This document shows positions 1 to 14,941 of a stretch of 64,000 bases of DNA, in pieces. The position numbers and the translations under genes are program-made. The stretch spans positions 31,620,001 through 31,684,000 of the forward strand of contig OZ024742.1 of assembly GCA_964016885.1 (NCBI GenBank). Direction: 5' to 3'. The DNA comes from Eledone cirrhosa. Taxonomy: Eukaryota. The notes beneath the pieces were generated by a model. That model was not told the origin of the DNA, did not search any database, and was given only the letters and a program-made list of their open reading frames with translations. How positions within the stretch are numbered: the stretch's first letter is position 1; the number at the start of each line of letters is the position of its first letter.

Positions 1-36
1 TAGGAAGAAGGAGTAAGTTAAACCATGATCATCATG

Positions 37-167
<131 letters not shown>

Positions 168-180
168 ATATATATATATG

Positions 181-1160
181 TTTTGCGAGGTGTTTGATAT
201 GAAATCGTGTGTCGATTTGTTATTTGTTTATTTTTTTGTCTTCTTTGCGCATGCGTTTGCGTGTGTATAGTGTTTTGTTTGATGTGTGTTCGTGATTGGG
301 TGACTGTGTATTGGTTAATGTATTCTATCTTTACTAGTGTGTGTTTATATGTGTTTGTTGTTATTGTGCTTGTGTATGTATTTATTTATTTATCTATTTA
401 TTTATTTATTTATACTTCTCTTAGGTCAGTGTTGTTTGTTTGGGTGTTGCTGTTATTCCATTCATTTTTTCTGTTTAGCCTTGGCCTTCTAAGTTCTATT
501 TCACTGGCCTCTCTGATTTGCCTATCTGCTGGATCATTTCTATCTTTAGATATTATTCTAATTTCTATGTTGTCTATGTTACCGTCGTGTTGTTTCAGTA
601 CTATACGAACATGCCAGACAACAACACGACGGTAACATAGACAACATAGAAATTAGAATAATATCTAAACATAGAAATGACCCAGCAGATAGGCAAATCA
701 GAGAGGCCAGTGAAATAGAACTTAGAAGGCCAAGGCTAAACAGAAAAAATGAATGGAATAACAACAACACCCAAACAAACAACACGGACCTAAGAGAAGT
801 TTAAATAAATAAATACATACACAAGCACAATAACAACAAACACATGTAAACACACACTAGTAAAGATAGAATACATTAACCAATACACAGTCACCCAATC
901 ACGAACACACATCAAACAAAACACTATACACACACGCAAACGCATGCGCAAAGAAGACAAAAAAATAAACAAATAAATAAATATATTGTATCTGTGTTTT
1001 TGACCGTTGGTAGGTCAATGGCAACATTGAGGACCGAATAAATTAAATTACCGATATAAAAGACACAGAAGCGAAAAGCGAAAACCAACCAAACAGTGAG
1101 TGTGTTCTGTTATTAATTCTGGCAATATTACACAAATATGACCCTCCCCAAGTATAACTA
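181..1160. mobile_element. Penelope-like element 3' fragment in head-to-head inverted arrangement (arms ~220-594 and ~620-976), flanked by (TA)n
   Basis: The arms are near-perfect reverse complements. The + arm encodes a GIY-YIG C-terminus. The 3' terminal motif ATGACCCTCCCCAAGTATAAC is shared with 41370-41393, 57475-57500 and 58293-58316. Confidence 0.8.
595..804 (+). pseudogene. GIY-YIG endonuclease C-terminal fragment (PLE)
   Basis: Hand translation SVLYEHARQQHDGNIDNIEIRIISKHRNDPADRQIREASEIELRRPRLNRKNEWN aligns with ORF 57856..58125 (SVLYQHAKIEHKGKLENIEIKIESIHRKDSMFRQITEAININELQPKLNRKHEWN). Confidence 0.8.
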
Positions 1161-1310
1161 TATATATATGTATATATATATATGTATATATATATATATG
1201 CTGATATAAATAAATATATATATATATATATATATATACAAATACACACATATATGAGTATATATATACATGAATGTTTGAATGTATGTATGTATGTATG
1301 TATGTATGTA

Positions 1311-1907
1311 TGTGCTACTAGTAACATGTATCCCAGTACAACCTGTCTCATGGTCGGGTCGTTGGCGACTAAACTGGCAACCCCCACCAAGGTTTCTTGG
1401 TGAGGAGGGTGACTTTGGACATCCTGCAGGACTAAAAACAAAACCTGTCAAAGGGCAAAGGAGCTCTTAAGAGTCAATGGCCATCCAAAATCACCGGGAG
1501 AGATGACCCCTTAGCCTTTGTCAAGGCAGAATTCTAGGAGAAGGAAAACTCTGATATAACACCTGCAACTCTGATGGTATCCAATGATGTTGACTTGTTC
1601 TTCTTTTTGGTAAATATCATCTTGGTTAAGAGAGTGGGACTGGCTTTGTGCAGTGCCTTTGCTCACTATAAAAGCTTCACGGCACAGGCATTGCTTTATA
1701 TCTGGAGATCTCTCTGCACTTGTCGTCAGATGGTACCATGGGCCCAACACTATGTGTCAATAATTGTCAAAAGTGTAGTGTTTGTACCAGAGTTTTCAAA
1801 TCGCTGGCTGGACTAAAAAGTCACACTCGTTAAGCGCATCCGTAGGGGTTCTCCTACATGGATATAAAGTAGTGGCCGTACTCGAAAACGAGTTGGCAGC
1901 CACCATG
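1311..1907 (+). mobile_element. Non-autonomous RTE-derived retroelement, copy 1, with (TATG)n tail
   Basis: About 600 bp, near-identical to 25346-25957 and 45307-45913. The 3' part encodes a CxxC..RVFKSLAGLKSH RTE-type C-terminal zinc finger and is followed by a microsatellite tail. Confidence 0.75.
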
Positions 1908-2009
1908 TATGTATGTATGTATGTATGTATGTATGTATGTATGTATGTATGTATGTATGTATGTATGTGTGTATGTATATGTATGTATGTATATATGACG
2001 TTTTATATA

Positions 2010-2071
<62 letters not shown>

Positions 2072-2284
2072 CATATGATACACACCAGGAGATGAAGATA
2101 CTTAGCTACCCAATATTTAATGGAGAATTAACTAAAGCAGGTTTATATCCGTTATTTGCGATAGGTGAATACGTTGAAATTCTCCCTCGTTAAACAGATA
2201 TCAGATCTGTGAGGAGCTTTTCAGACATGTCACAACGCCCATTCTTTATGGCGGAATGGTGAAGCAATAAATAGTCGTCTACAC

Positions 2285-3047
<763 letters not shown>

Positions 3048-3377
3048 TTATAGAGATTATAGTCGTAATCGGTTTCCGTTATTTAAATTGGTGAATTTAT
3101 GTTTATATATATGAGAGAGAGGGGGGGGTGGGCGAGAGAGAGTGGGAGAGAGAGAGAGAAATAAAGAGGGGGCAGACAACACACTAACAGTCATTTGTAT
3201 ATATGAACATTTTAATTGTTTCAATTAATAACCATGTGTAACAATTACTACAACACTGTTAGCCCACCCCACCCAACCCCAACGATATCATCATTCCTCA
3301 TACTTTCTACTTTTATCGGGGCGACGGGTGAGGGGCATTCTCCTTTTAGACTGTACATCAAAATACGTTTCCTTCTC

Positions 3378-3700
<323 letters not shown>

Positions 3701-3744
3701 GGTAACCACAGTAAGTAATGTACTCAATACGTAGCAGAGTATAA

Positions 3745-3812
3745 ATATTTAATATAGAAATGGCTTCTACAGGACTAGAACTGTTTTATTTGGGAGAAAT
3801 TATCAGGAAACC
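3745..3812 (-). mobile_element. Degenerate copy of the 14.9-kb hammerhead family
   Basis: Shares ATTTAATATAGAAATGGCTTCTACAGGACTAGAA with 14876-14941; the core is mutated to CTGATAA/AAAA. Confidence 0.6.
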
Positions 3813-3934
3813 GACTGTCCAATTAATATGGTGGTATTTATACATTTTTGGTGGTAGGAGAGGGTGGTGATTGGGATGGGTGGAGGTCATTGGTTGGTGG
3901 ATTTAAAGAAAGGGGGTTCTGGCGGCTGGTAAAG

Positions 3935-4030
3935 TTGTAACTACCACGTGAGTTTTCCCAGGTGAAACAGGGATCTGAATCTTGCTGCCAGATATACAGT
4001 CTTCCAACAGCCACCCTCTCAAACCAAGGC
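3935..4030 (-). pseudogene. Tc1/mariner transposase fragment
   Basis: PWFERVAVGRLYIWQQDSDPCFT resembles the QQDxAPxH motif around the second catalytic Asp of Tc1/mariner transposases. Confidence 0.65.
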
Positions 4031-4195
4031 ATACATATATACATATGAAGTTTCGTTTACATGTACTTAGTTTTCTATTGTGAACCGATCTTTTACGCAA
4101 AAGATTGGCTCAGGGTCACCCATGGAAGTTATGGACCCGACTCGATTGTCGATTTTCTCTTCAGAGATTCAACAAAAAATACCACTACCAATAAT

Positions 4196-4394
4196 TCACT
4201 GAATCACATACACAAAAAGGATTTGGAGCAAAACGTAGCACAGGACCAAACCCATCACAGAATTTCCCATGGAGTGGATGTGGTGGCTGGAACATTCTGA
4301 CCTACAATAATATATCGGATTCATGAGACAGCATCGTGCCTGCAATGGACGTGGGCAGCGCCCTGCTTCATAAATCTCCGTTAGCAAAGTCAGT
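4196..4394 (-). CDS. Candidate terminal coding exon of an unidentified host gene (Cys-rich, hydrophobic C-terminus)
   Basis: AG acceptor after a C-rich tract (cctcctccacatcaccatag), then non-repetitive open frame LTLLTEIYEAGRCPRPLQARCCLMNPIYYCRSECSSHHIHSMGNSVMGLVLCYVLLQILFVYVIQ*. No recognised homology. Confidence 0.3.
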
Positions 4395-4964
4395 CTATGG
4401 TGATGTGGAGGAGGATGTGTCAGTGTGTGTGTCTCTGTGTATGTTCGTGTGTGTGTATGTGTGTGCATGTATGTGTATGCGTGTGTGTGTGAGTGTGTGT
4501 GTGAGTGTGTGTGAGTGTGTGTGTATGTGCGTGCATGTATGTGTATGAGTGTGTGTGTGAGTGTGTGTGTGAGTATGTGTGTGAATGTGTGTTTGTAAGT
4601 GTGTGTAAGTGTGTGTGTATGTGTGTGTATGTATTTGTGTGTATGTGTATGTGTTCATGTGAGTGTATGTGTGCATGTGTGTGTGTATGTGTATATGTGT
4701 ATATGTGTGTGTGTCAGTGTATGTGTATCTGTGAATATATGTGTATGTGTTCGTGTGTATGTATGTGTGTATGTGTGTGTATGTATGCGTATATGTGTAT
4801 ATGAGTGTGTGTGTATGCGTGTATATGTGTGTATGTGTTCGTGTGTGTGTGTGCGCGTGTGTGTGTGAATGATTAAGTGTTGTACAGACATACACACATA
4901 TACACACACATATACACACACATATACACACATACGTATGGTGATTATAATGTGATACTTTCTG

Positions 4965-5150
4965 TGGATTGGCAGTATCGGTAGAGGGTCGGACGCCATG
5001 CTTTCCAGCAAAGAGTTACGTCCCTTTACGATCTGAGTTAAAATCCCGCCGAGGTTGACTTTGTCTTTCATCCTTACGGGGTTGATAAAATAAAGTACCA
5101 GTAATGCACTGGTTAATTGTTGGCCTTGTGCCTAAAGTAGAAACAATTAT
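4965..5150 (+). mobile_element. tRNA-derived SINE with 15-bp TSD ATGTGATACTTTCTG
   Basis: A-box TGGCAGTATCGG, B-box-like GAGTTAAAATCC, central CTTTCATCCTTACGGGGTYGATAAAATAAAGTACCAG motif; TSD at 4950-4964 and 5149-5163. Confidence 0.9.
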
Positions 5151-5472
5151 GTGATACTTTCTGACGATAAAATAATATTTTCTGCAAGTACATAGTCAAG
5201 TGTCTTTGTAAAGTAATTTGAGAATTAGAAACCAAAATTGAGATGAGCGTCTGTAGGAAACTGTTGAAGGACTGAAGTAACAAACTTGACATCATTATTT
5301 CTCAATAGAGCCCATTAGTATCAGCTGCTATCTACCTTAATTGTTGTGTAGTCTCATACATAATTATTGACACCACCTTACTATGAAAAGTGCACAAGAG
5401 TGAATACAGGTGTATATATATATTCATATATATATATAATATATATACATATATAGTATGTATATAAATATA

Positions 5473-5520
<48 letters not shown>

Positions 5521-5559
5521 GATATTAACAAATGGAAACTATATTTATAAAACCATATT

Positions 5560-5624
5560 TATTTTATTATACATATTTCAAGAACACCACGTTAAATTAT
5601 GGTGTGCTTTCATCAGACAAAATA
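5560..5624 (-). ncRNA. Type I minimal hammerhead ribozyme (pLTR)
   Basis: TATTTTGT-CTGATGA-stem II (AAGCACACCA/TGGTGTTCTT)-GAAA-TATGTA-TA-ATAAAATA; stem I 8 bp. Confidence 0.8.
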
Positions 5625-7460
5625 CAATATAGATCAGTTTTATAAATAAATATTGACATACCCTTAAAAAATGCAACCATTACTGTTGGAAGCTCCCGGA
5701 TAGTGGAGTTGTTTACTTATATTATTATTAGTATTGGATATTTTTAATTTTTAAAATAAGTCGTTGGGTTACAGAGAAAGAAAAAGGAGAGAGAGAAAAA
5801 AAGAGAAAGAAAGAAAAAAGAAAAAAGAAAAAAGAAAAAAAGAAAAAAGAAAAAAGAAAAAAGAAAAAAGAAAAAAGAAAAAAGAAAAAAGAAAAAAGGA
5901 AAAAAAGAAAAAAAAGAAAAAAGAAAAAAGAAAAAAGAAAAAAGAAAAAAGAAAAAAGTAAAAAGAAAAAAGAAAAAAGAAAAAAGAAAAAAGAAAAAAG
6001 AAAAAAGAAAAAAGAAAAAAGAAAAAAGAAAAAAGAAAAAAGAAAAAAGAAAAAAAAAATAGAAAAAATAGAGAGATACCAAAACAACAGAGAGAGAAAA
6101 TATAGAGATAGAGAGGAGACAGAGAGAAGGGGAGAGAACGAAAACACTGAGTCATATCTTGTTGAGTTAACTTAACAATTGAGATGAAATGAATAAATAA
6201 AATTAGAAATGTTAATAGTCATGAATGGAATATACATATATAATATGAGAAATTAATCATTGTTTAAATATGATTAGATGTTTAGTTAATCATTTAAAAA
6301 TTGAGATCAATATATTAAAAATTGGGATCTATACATTAAGAAATCCATATATTGCTAGAGAACTACATATCATATAACACGTACACACACGCAAAAATAT
6401 ATATAAATATATATACACACTTATAAAATACATAACATATCTAACTCCGTATATAATATATACACACAAAGCATAAAGGATTCTTTAATTTAATGTTTTA
6501 CACACTTTATGTTATTAAATAAAAATTCTTTATATATATATATAAGATTACCTGTTATGTATTTATGGCTGTTAATTATATGTCTATCTGTCAGGAATCA
6601 TTGGGATAAACATTATACATAAGTGCAATCAAATTGTATGGATATACACGCACATGTACACATATAATTCTCACATATACATATATATATATATATGTGT
6701 GTACCCTCAGCCAATAGGTAGATACGCATCACGCATACACATACATACAGACATATAATCATAAAAACGCATAGAACACATGTACATGTATGTCAATATA
6801 CACATATATATATATATACTCACATATAGAGAGAAGTATATATCAATACAGTACATAGTATAATTGAGTACATAAAATACAAAAGGATTATATTACAATT
6901 TGGAAATATAATTATAGCAATATAATTTTAAAATATTATAGAATATTTTAAGTTAAAGTAATAGTATGGTTAATAGATTTAGTATAGAAATTTATCTTAC
7001 GTATATTTAACTTAAAATATTGAAAGGATAAACTTTCGAAACTATGAGAAACTATCAGAACAATAAGAAAACAATAAAAAAAAAAAAATAATAATAATAA
7101 TAATAATTTAAAAAAAAAATAAATAAAATAAAAATAAAAAAAATAATAAATAATTAAATCAATAATTAAATAAATAATTAAATAATAAATAATAAAATTT
7201 AAAAAAATAATAATAATAAATAAACAGTAAAAAAAAAAGAAAATCAATAAAAAAAGAAATTAAAAAAAAAAAGAAATAGGAAATATTTTCTCCTTTCAAC
7301 AGCTCTCAATATATTTCTCTAGAATAGTTTATTATATTTATATTTATATTTAGGAAGAAAAGTTATTTATACTTGAGTGTTTAATAAAAAAAAGATGAAG
7401 GAATCTAATGATTTATCTACAGGTTTCATATATTAATAAAATTAATTAATTAATTATATA

Positions 7461-9080
7461 CTACATTTTAAATTTATATTTATATTTAAACGTTGAGTTT
7501 AATCTATGTCTGCAGCAACTGAATAAATTATTCCTTAAATTCAGGGATTTTTTGGTCTTTAATATAAAGAATATTTCATCTATACAAAGATCGCAATTTT
7601 CTGAAGAGGAGTTAAAAGGAGTAGCTTTTGAAATAATATTCCAAATCAACGAATATTCAACGTTCTCTAGTTTTAGGTCCCATAATAGGCTAGATATTGA
7701 AATTGAAGTTTTTTGTTTGGATCTGTAAAGGAATTTTTATGATTATTGAAGCGGAATTTAAACTCTGTGGAAGTAGATCCCACATAATTAAATGAATTTA
7801 AATTAGTTTTTACATTACAATTATATACTACATTTTTAGCTAAGCAATTGTTATTTAACGGACAGTTAGATTTATTTCTACAGTTACATTTATCAGATTG
7901 AATATTGCTTGGGTTATTATTGGTATTTTGGTTAGGTTTTAAATTTCTATTATTAATTCTATTAATATTTTGCGCTAAATTTTTGGTGGAAGAATAAGTT
8001 AATTTTATAGTATGTCTATTAAAAATTGAGTAATATCTATGTGTTCTAGGGAAGCATTTGTCAAGAGCTTTAAAGAATAGTTTAGCAATAGGGGTTTTAA
8101 TATTTAATGAGAAAGGAGGAGCGAACCATAATATGTTCCTAGTTCTATTTCTTTTTCGGCTTTCGGAATTAATGTATGGTTTTCTATTATAGTTGTTAAA
8201 ATTGTTACCATAGTTAAAATTGTTACGATTATGGTTAGTTGTTATATTATTATTATTATCGATGTATTTAATCTTATTTATATACCGAGCTCTACCTAAC
8301 GCTTCGTTGTAATAATGTGCTTTTTCATCAAATATATTCTTATTAGATGAAATTCTCGAAATTCGTTCTTGTACAGAGTTCACTATAGTATTTTTAACGG
8401 ATCTGGGGTGATTAGAGTTAAAATTGACATAATTTAAGTTCTCATTTAGTTTGCGAAATGGATAATGAAGACATGTGTTAAGATTTAGTGCTACATCTAG
8501 AAAATTGACTATTTTATGGTTATTCTCTATTTTTACTTTTAGATTAAGGTAATTAAAAAATTGTATAATTTGTTTTCTTTTTCTATTTAGTTCACAGTTA
8601 TTATTTTCTATAAGTAAAAGCATGTCGTCACGATATAAACCTCCGGTTATCGCAGGTATTTTTCTATATAGAGAATCAATTATAAATAGGCCCACAAGAT
8701 CCGTTACCTGAGCTAGGTCGGAAGATCCCATAGTTATGTCGAAATTATTATTTCTATCTGCCCTAGTCCAGAGTTGGTTATTAAATCTATTAATGTTTCC
8801 GTGCCGATAATATAATGTGCATTTCATTGCTAGTTATGTCTGTATGTTTAAATGCGTAAGTTAGTGCCTTATTCAGTAGATTAGGAGTGATAGATGAGTA
8901 GTAGTTAGCAATATCCAACTGAATAAACTTATTATTATAGTTATATTTAATTTCTTTAAACCAATCGATAACTTCACTAGTTCCTTTCCATAATTTTAAA
9001 TAAGATAAATTAGATAAATTCTTAATTTGTGGTATTATTCTGTCCAGAATATTTTTGCTAAGTCTGCCAAGGTCAGATTT
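7461..9080 (-). pseudogene. PLE reverse transcriptase plus GIY-YIG endonuclease, frameshifted and 5'-truncated
   Basis: FIQLDIANYYSSI (hand-translated upstream frame), FDITMGS, GLYRDD, NFLDV, WFAPPF..IFNRHTIKLTYS, CNCRNKSNCPLNNNC, VVY..YVG, and CDLC..CCRH in the 7461-7649 frame. Confidence 0.92.
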
Positions 9081-9544
9081 TCTTTTTTTTTTTTTCTTTT
9101 TTTTTCTTTTTTTTTTTAATTTTATTTTTTTTTTTTATATTAATTATTTAATTATTTATTTAATTATTTATTTATTATTTTTTTTTTTATTGTTTTCTTA
9201 TTGTTCTGATAGTTTCTCATAGTTTCGAAAGTTTATCCTTTCAATATTTTAAGTTAAATATACGTAAGATAAATTTCTATACTAAATCTATTAAACATAC
9301 TATTACTTTAACTTAAAATTATATTGCTATAATTATATTTCCAAATTGTAATATAATCCTTTTGTATTTTATGTACTCAATTATACTATGTACTGTATTG
9401 ATGTATACTTCTCTCTATATGTGAGTATATATATATATGTGTATATTGACATACATGTACATGTGTTCTATGCGTTTTTATGATTATATGTCTGTATGTA
9501 TGTGTATGCGTGATGCGTATCTACCTATTGGCTGAGGGTACACA

Positions 9545-9575
<31 letters not shown>

Positions 9576-10653
9576 GTGAGAATTATATGTGTACATGTGC
9601 GTGTATATCCATACAATTTGATTGCACTTATGTATAATGTTTATCCCAATGATTCCTGACAGATAGACATATAATTAACAGCCATAAATACATAACAGGT
9701 AATCTTATATATATATATAAACATTTTATATTTAATAACATAAAGTGTGTATAACATTAAATTAAAGAATCCTTTATGCTTTGTGTGTATATATTATATA
9801 CGGAGTTAGATATGGTATGTATTTTATAAGTGTGTATATATATTTATATATATTTTTGCGTGTGTGTACGTGTTATATGATATGTAGTTCTCTAGCAATA
9901 TATGGATTTCTTAATGTATAGATCCCAATTTTTAATATATTGATCTCAATTTTTAAATGATTAACTAAACATCTAATCATATTTAAACAATGATTAATTT
10001 CTCATATTATATATGTATATTCCATTCATGATTATTAACATTTCTAATTTTATTTATTCATTTCATCTCAATTGTTAAGTTAACTCAACAAGATATGACT
10101 TAGTGTTTTCGTTCTCTCCCCTTCTCTCTGTCTCCTCTCTATCTCTATATTTTCTCTCTCTGTTGTTTTGGTATCTCTCTCTATTTTTTCTATTTTTTTT
10201 CTTTTTTTTTTTTCTTTTTTCTTTTTTCTTTTTTCTTTTTTCTTTTTTCTTTTTTCTTTTTTCTTTTTTCTTTTTTCTTTTTTCTTTTTTCTTTTTTTTT
10301 CTTTTTCTTTTTTCTTTTTTCTTTTTTCTTTTTTCTTTTTTCTTTTTTCTTTTTTCTTTTTTATTTTTTTTTTTAATTTTTTATTTTTTTTTATTTTTTT
10401 TTTATTATTTGTATTTTTTTTTATTTTTTTTTTATTTTATTTTGTTTATTTATTTATTTATTTATTTATTTATTTTATTTCTCTTTTTTTCTCTCCTTTT
10501 TCTTTGTAACCCAACGACTTATTTTAAAAATTAAAAATATCCAATACTAATAATAATATAAGTAAACAACTCCACTATCCGGGAGCTTCCAACAGTAATG
10601 GTTGCATTCTTTAAGGGTATGTCAATATCTATTTATAAAACTGATCTATATTG

Positions 10654-10718
10654 TATTTTGTCTGATGAAAGCACACCATAATTTAACGTGGTGTCCTTGA
10701 AATATGTATAATAAAATA
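10654..10718 (+). ncRNA. Type I minimal hammerhead ribozyme (inverted pLTR copy)
   Basis: CTGATGA at 10662-10668, GAAA at 10699-10702, ATA triplet, stem I TATTTTGT/ATAAAATA. Confidence 0.8.
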
Positions 10719-10845
10719 AATATGGTTTTATAAATATAGTTTCCATTTGTTAATATCGTATGTTTACTCCAAATACTTGTTGAGTGCTTTATATCAGTTA
10801 TAAAAATATTTGCTTTTTGTATCCCAACAATTTAAATAGAACTTT

Positions 10846-10883
<38 letters not shown>

Positions 10884-11005
10884 TGTATATATATATAATA
10901 TATATATATATAGTATGTATATATATATAGTATATATATATGTATATGTATATATATATATATTTATATATATATATATAATATGTTTATAAATATAGTA
11001 TATAG

Positions 11006-11094
<89 letters not shown>

Positions 11095-11111
11095 TATAAA
11101 TATAGTATATA

Positions 11112-11172
<61 letters not shown>

Positions 11173-11184
11173 TGTGTGTGTGTG

Positions 11185-11528
11185 CAGTTTTCTGGAAGAT
11201 CGAGTTGAAGCGCGAGTGTATGAGAATTCATAGAATAATGAGAAAAGCTGAAGGCAAGAATAGCTGTTGGAATAGCAAAATAGTGTCAATAGCGGCGTCC
11301 AGTAAGATTTACCTCAAAGAAAAGAAATCAGTGGCTAGAAGTGTGTTCGTCCACAGAAGTGATAGGAAGAAAGGAGCAAAAGAAGAAAAGGAACGAGACA
11401 AGATGACACAAACATCATTTCACATCATCGGCTGTCAGACCGGCTGTAGTTTCGCACGATTATATATTAGAAAGATTCGGGGCCCGACGGCTGAGTTCTT
11501 GCCGTTTTAACAGATAATTCCAGACTGA

Positions 11529-11533
<5 letters not shown>
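11185..11533 (-). mobile_element. Non-coding PLE/retrozyme-like fragment with a degenerate 3' half of a hammerhead
   Basis: AAAA-CGGC-loop-GCCG-TC-GGGCCCC is homologous to the 20.5-kb and 59.3-kb copies; pyrimidine-rich body; microsatellite on both sides. Confidence 0.55.
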
Positions 11534-11625
<92 letters not shown>

Positions 11626-11807
11626 TTACATACATACATATATATGTATATACATACAAATATACATATATGTATATGTCATTGTTACAGTACAAAAATA
11701 TCGTTTACACCAAACAATACCGTGAGTGGGATGTAGGAAACGGGATGGTTTAACACACCCTGGATACCATCAGTTAAATACCTGTATTATATATATACAT
11801 ACATACA

Positions 11808-11862
<55 letters not shown>

Positions 11863-11882
11863 ATATATATATATATACATAT

Positions 11883-11966
<84 letters not shown>

Positions 11967-12117
11967 TGTATGTAGGATTAAAGTATGAAAGAAGATACAT
12001 TTTAAAACATAAAACATAAAAAGCTCAATGGTTTCATAACAAAAGATAAATGAAGAGAGAAGATATTTGAGGTATGTGAACGTCGTAGGTGTGTAACTGT
12101 CGTTATATATATGTATA

Positions 12118-12175
<58 letters not shown>

Positions 12176-12282
12176 TATATACATATATATACATATATAT
12201 ATACATATATACATATATATATATAAATACATATATACATATGCATATATACATATATATAAATACATATATATACATATTC

Positions 12283-12318
<36 letters not shown>

Positions 12319-12320
12319 GC

Positions 12321-12367
<47 letters not shown>

Positions 12368-12399
12368 CATATACAGTCTATACACATATATACATACAG

Positions 12400-12441
<42 letters not shown>

Positions 12442-12629
12442 GGTTCTTTTACACGCACATACATACACATAACGCCCCCCCCCACACACACACATATATA
12501 TATATATTTGCTTGTATGCATGTTTGTGTGTGCTTCTGTATATGTATTTACGTGTGTGACGGAAGTGCAAAACACACACACACTCACTCATACACACACA
12601 CTGACACACTGAGACACCCAGTATATTAC

Positions 12630-12720
12630 ATCTGATGTACGGCCTATTGCTCTGGAGTCCCCCCCCCCCCGTGTCTGCTAGACATTCCTCAGACAGTTTC
12701 TGTTTAACTCTGTGAGGGAC
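12630..12720 (-). CDS. Weak candidate internal exon
   Basis: Acceptor ttccctttgtgtgttacag followed by open frame [30 protein letters not shown]; the donor is weak. Confidence 0.2.
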
Positions 12721-13021
12721 CTGTAACACACAAAGGGAAATTCCACAATAACAGGCTACTGGATCAGCCTTGATAAACTATTAACTATGGTGTAGAATAT
12801 TAGATTAAGGGTTCACCAATACTAATGCTCTCCACCATTCCCCACCACTACCCCACTCTCAAGAGCGTGAAACTAATAAACCTTTGTTCGTACTGCCTCT
12901 CTCTTTTGTTCCCATTCCATTTTTCACTATATATATATATATATATACTTATATATATATATATATATATACATATATATATTTATGTGTGTGTGTGTGT
13001 GTGTGTATATTAAGTATTACA

Positions 13022-13244
13022 GGGCGGTGGTTTGGCACTATCGGTAGAGCGTCAGACACCATGCTTTGCAGCATAGAGTTATGGTCCTTTACATTCTGAA
13101 TTCAAATACAGCCGAGGTTAACTTTACCTTTCATTCTTACGGGGTCGATAAAATAAAGCACCAGTAACGTGCTGGGGTCGATTTAATCGACTTTCCCCTC
13201 CCACCAAAATTCCTGGCCTTGTGCCTAATGTAGAAATCATTATA
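13022..13244 (+). mobile_element. tRNA-derived SINE (long variant), TSD TATTACA
   Basis: Same family as 4965, with an extra GGGGTCGATTTAATCGACT segment. Confidence 0.88.
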
Positions 13245-13321
13245 TATTACATTTTCGATTTTTTTGTTTGTCCTTATTCCTTTTTTCTGTTTCTCCATTG
13301 TGATCCTGTCTCTATTTTGTA

Positions 13322-13355
13322 CTCCTGAAGAAGGGCTTAAGCCCAACACGTCGAA
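13322..13355 (+). ncRNA. Degenerate PLE-type hammerhead relic
   Basis: CTGAAGA-A-GGGC-TTAA-GCCC-(AACA instead of GAAA)-CGTC after a pyrimidine-rich tract. Confidence 0.45.
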
Positions 13356-13798
13356 CTTCCTTTCCTGTTTCCAATATAAAGCGTGAAACTAATAAGACTG
13401 TTTGTATCTCTGTTTGTAGTCTCCTTGAACTATATATATATGTGTGTGTGTGTAGGTGTAGGCGTTACATATATATATATATATATAACTCTAAATTATT
13501 AGAAGCCCAAACAATGCGTGTAAAGAAATAACATTTTGTTTTTATTATTCAAAATGTTCAGTTTTAAAAGACTTCCATCAGTCAATCGCCCTTTGATATG
13601 TTTTGATTCACTTTTTTTTCCACACCAGAAAATTTTTAGAGCTGGTTAACAGATTAATTTATAATACAATATAAATACCAGAATACAATTTTAAAAAATC
13701 TATTAAAAAATATTAGAAATCAGAACATATCTTATAGCGAATTTCTGATCAAAGTCTTTTAAGACAGAATTTTGAATAAAACACTACGTTTTTATTTT

Positions 13799-14602
13799 TT
13801 ACTAGCATTAAAGCTCGGCGTTGCTCGGGGTCATTAAGTTACCAAAGTTAGGTTGCACCACCCATTTTATGGCAGCACTTTTTTGTCTGCCAGGCACTGG
13901 GTGAATGAATTGCAGACCTGGAAGCATGAGCTGCGCCAGCAGTGACAATTGTAGTTTCGCCTATGGATATTATCTCTGTGCAAAAAAGTGTTGAAATTTA
14001 TTGTTTCACAGTACTTGCGCAACACGCGCGTAGACGATGCCAGCCGAACAACAGAGCTGCGATGGAGTTGTTCTGCATGGTTGTCTGTGTGTTTTCTAAA
14101 TTTAAGACAGTAGGGAGGGTTGTGATATGGGGGAGAGTTAGCTGCTGTTTCTAGCAGGTTTAGTGACCTCATAGAAGATATGTTTTCTAAATTTAAGACA
14201 GTAGGGAGGGGTGTGATATGGGGGAGAGTTAGCTGCTGTTTCTAGCAGGTTTAGTAACCTCATAGAAGATATGTGTTTTCTAAATTTAAGACAGTAGGGA
14301 GTGGTGTGAACGGAGAGTATCACCATCAAGCTTGGAAAGAGAAAGTAGCAGAAAGTATGAAGTTGTATAGATTTTGAATGGTAGTAGAAAGAGTTCAGCA
14401 GTTTAAATGACACAGAAAAATCGTAAAATATTGAGTTTTATCTATTTTTTGCGTAATTGTGGATGAAATTGAAAAAATTATCTGCGTCAAGACGCAATCG
14501 AAACTATTTGGAATACTGAATTGTAAATTTCAATTGAAGAAATTCTATATCGTAGATTTCTATAACGAAGGAGCTTGACCACACACTGAGCTTTATAGAT
14601 TA
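13799..14602 (+). mobile_element. Non-autonomous Helitron-like element with an internal ~92-bp tandem repeat (14090-14308)
   Basis: 5' TACTAG...CTCGGCGTTGCTCGGG hairpin and 3' ACACACTGAGCTTTATAGATTAT end resemble invertebrate non-autonomous Helitrons; about 2.3 internal repeat units. Confidence 0.55.
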
Positions 14603-14689
14603 TGATGATACGCATTGTTTACGCTTCTAATCAATTAGAATGTTTGTCACAATACTTTCAAAACTCAATGCGTACATCCCCCCTCTCTC

Positions 14690-14817
<128 letters not shown>

Positions 14818-14889
14818 TCACTCTCACACACACACATACACACACACATATATATATATATTTATATATATAAGATTTAATATAGAAAT

Positions 14890-14941
14890 GGCTTCTACAG
14901 GACTAGAAATGTTTCTTTTGAAGGAAATCATCAGGAAAGCC
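14890..14941 (-). ncRNA. Type I hammerhead ribozyme
   Basis: GGCTTTC-CTGATGA-TTTccttcAAAA-GAAA-CA..TG-TA-GAAGCC; GTA triplet; stem II is weak. Confidence 0.65.

Larger units (their letters stand above)
5518..10850 (-). mobile_element. Naiad-type Penelope-like element: 5'-truncated body (9080 to 5518) plus head-to-head inverted copy of its 3' UTR/pLTR (9081-10850)
   Basis: Inverted arms of ~1.7 kb (5518-7270 and 9081-10760) around the RT-GIY-YIG coding region, a hammerhead in each arm, and (TA)n on both sides. Confidence 0.9.

Noticed and set aside
1370-1420. Twister ribozyme in the RTE-derived 5' region (GAGGAGGGT)
   Set aside because: Lacks the GGUnnnAAGC P4 loop and the UAA cleavage strand.
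7673-8827. Selenoprotein-type Naiad (Sec in Cys motifs), also checked for 41900-42997
   Set aside because: The Cys motifs use Cys codons, the interruptions are frameshifts rather than in-frame TGA, and no convincing SECIS was seen.
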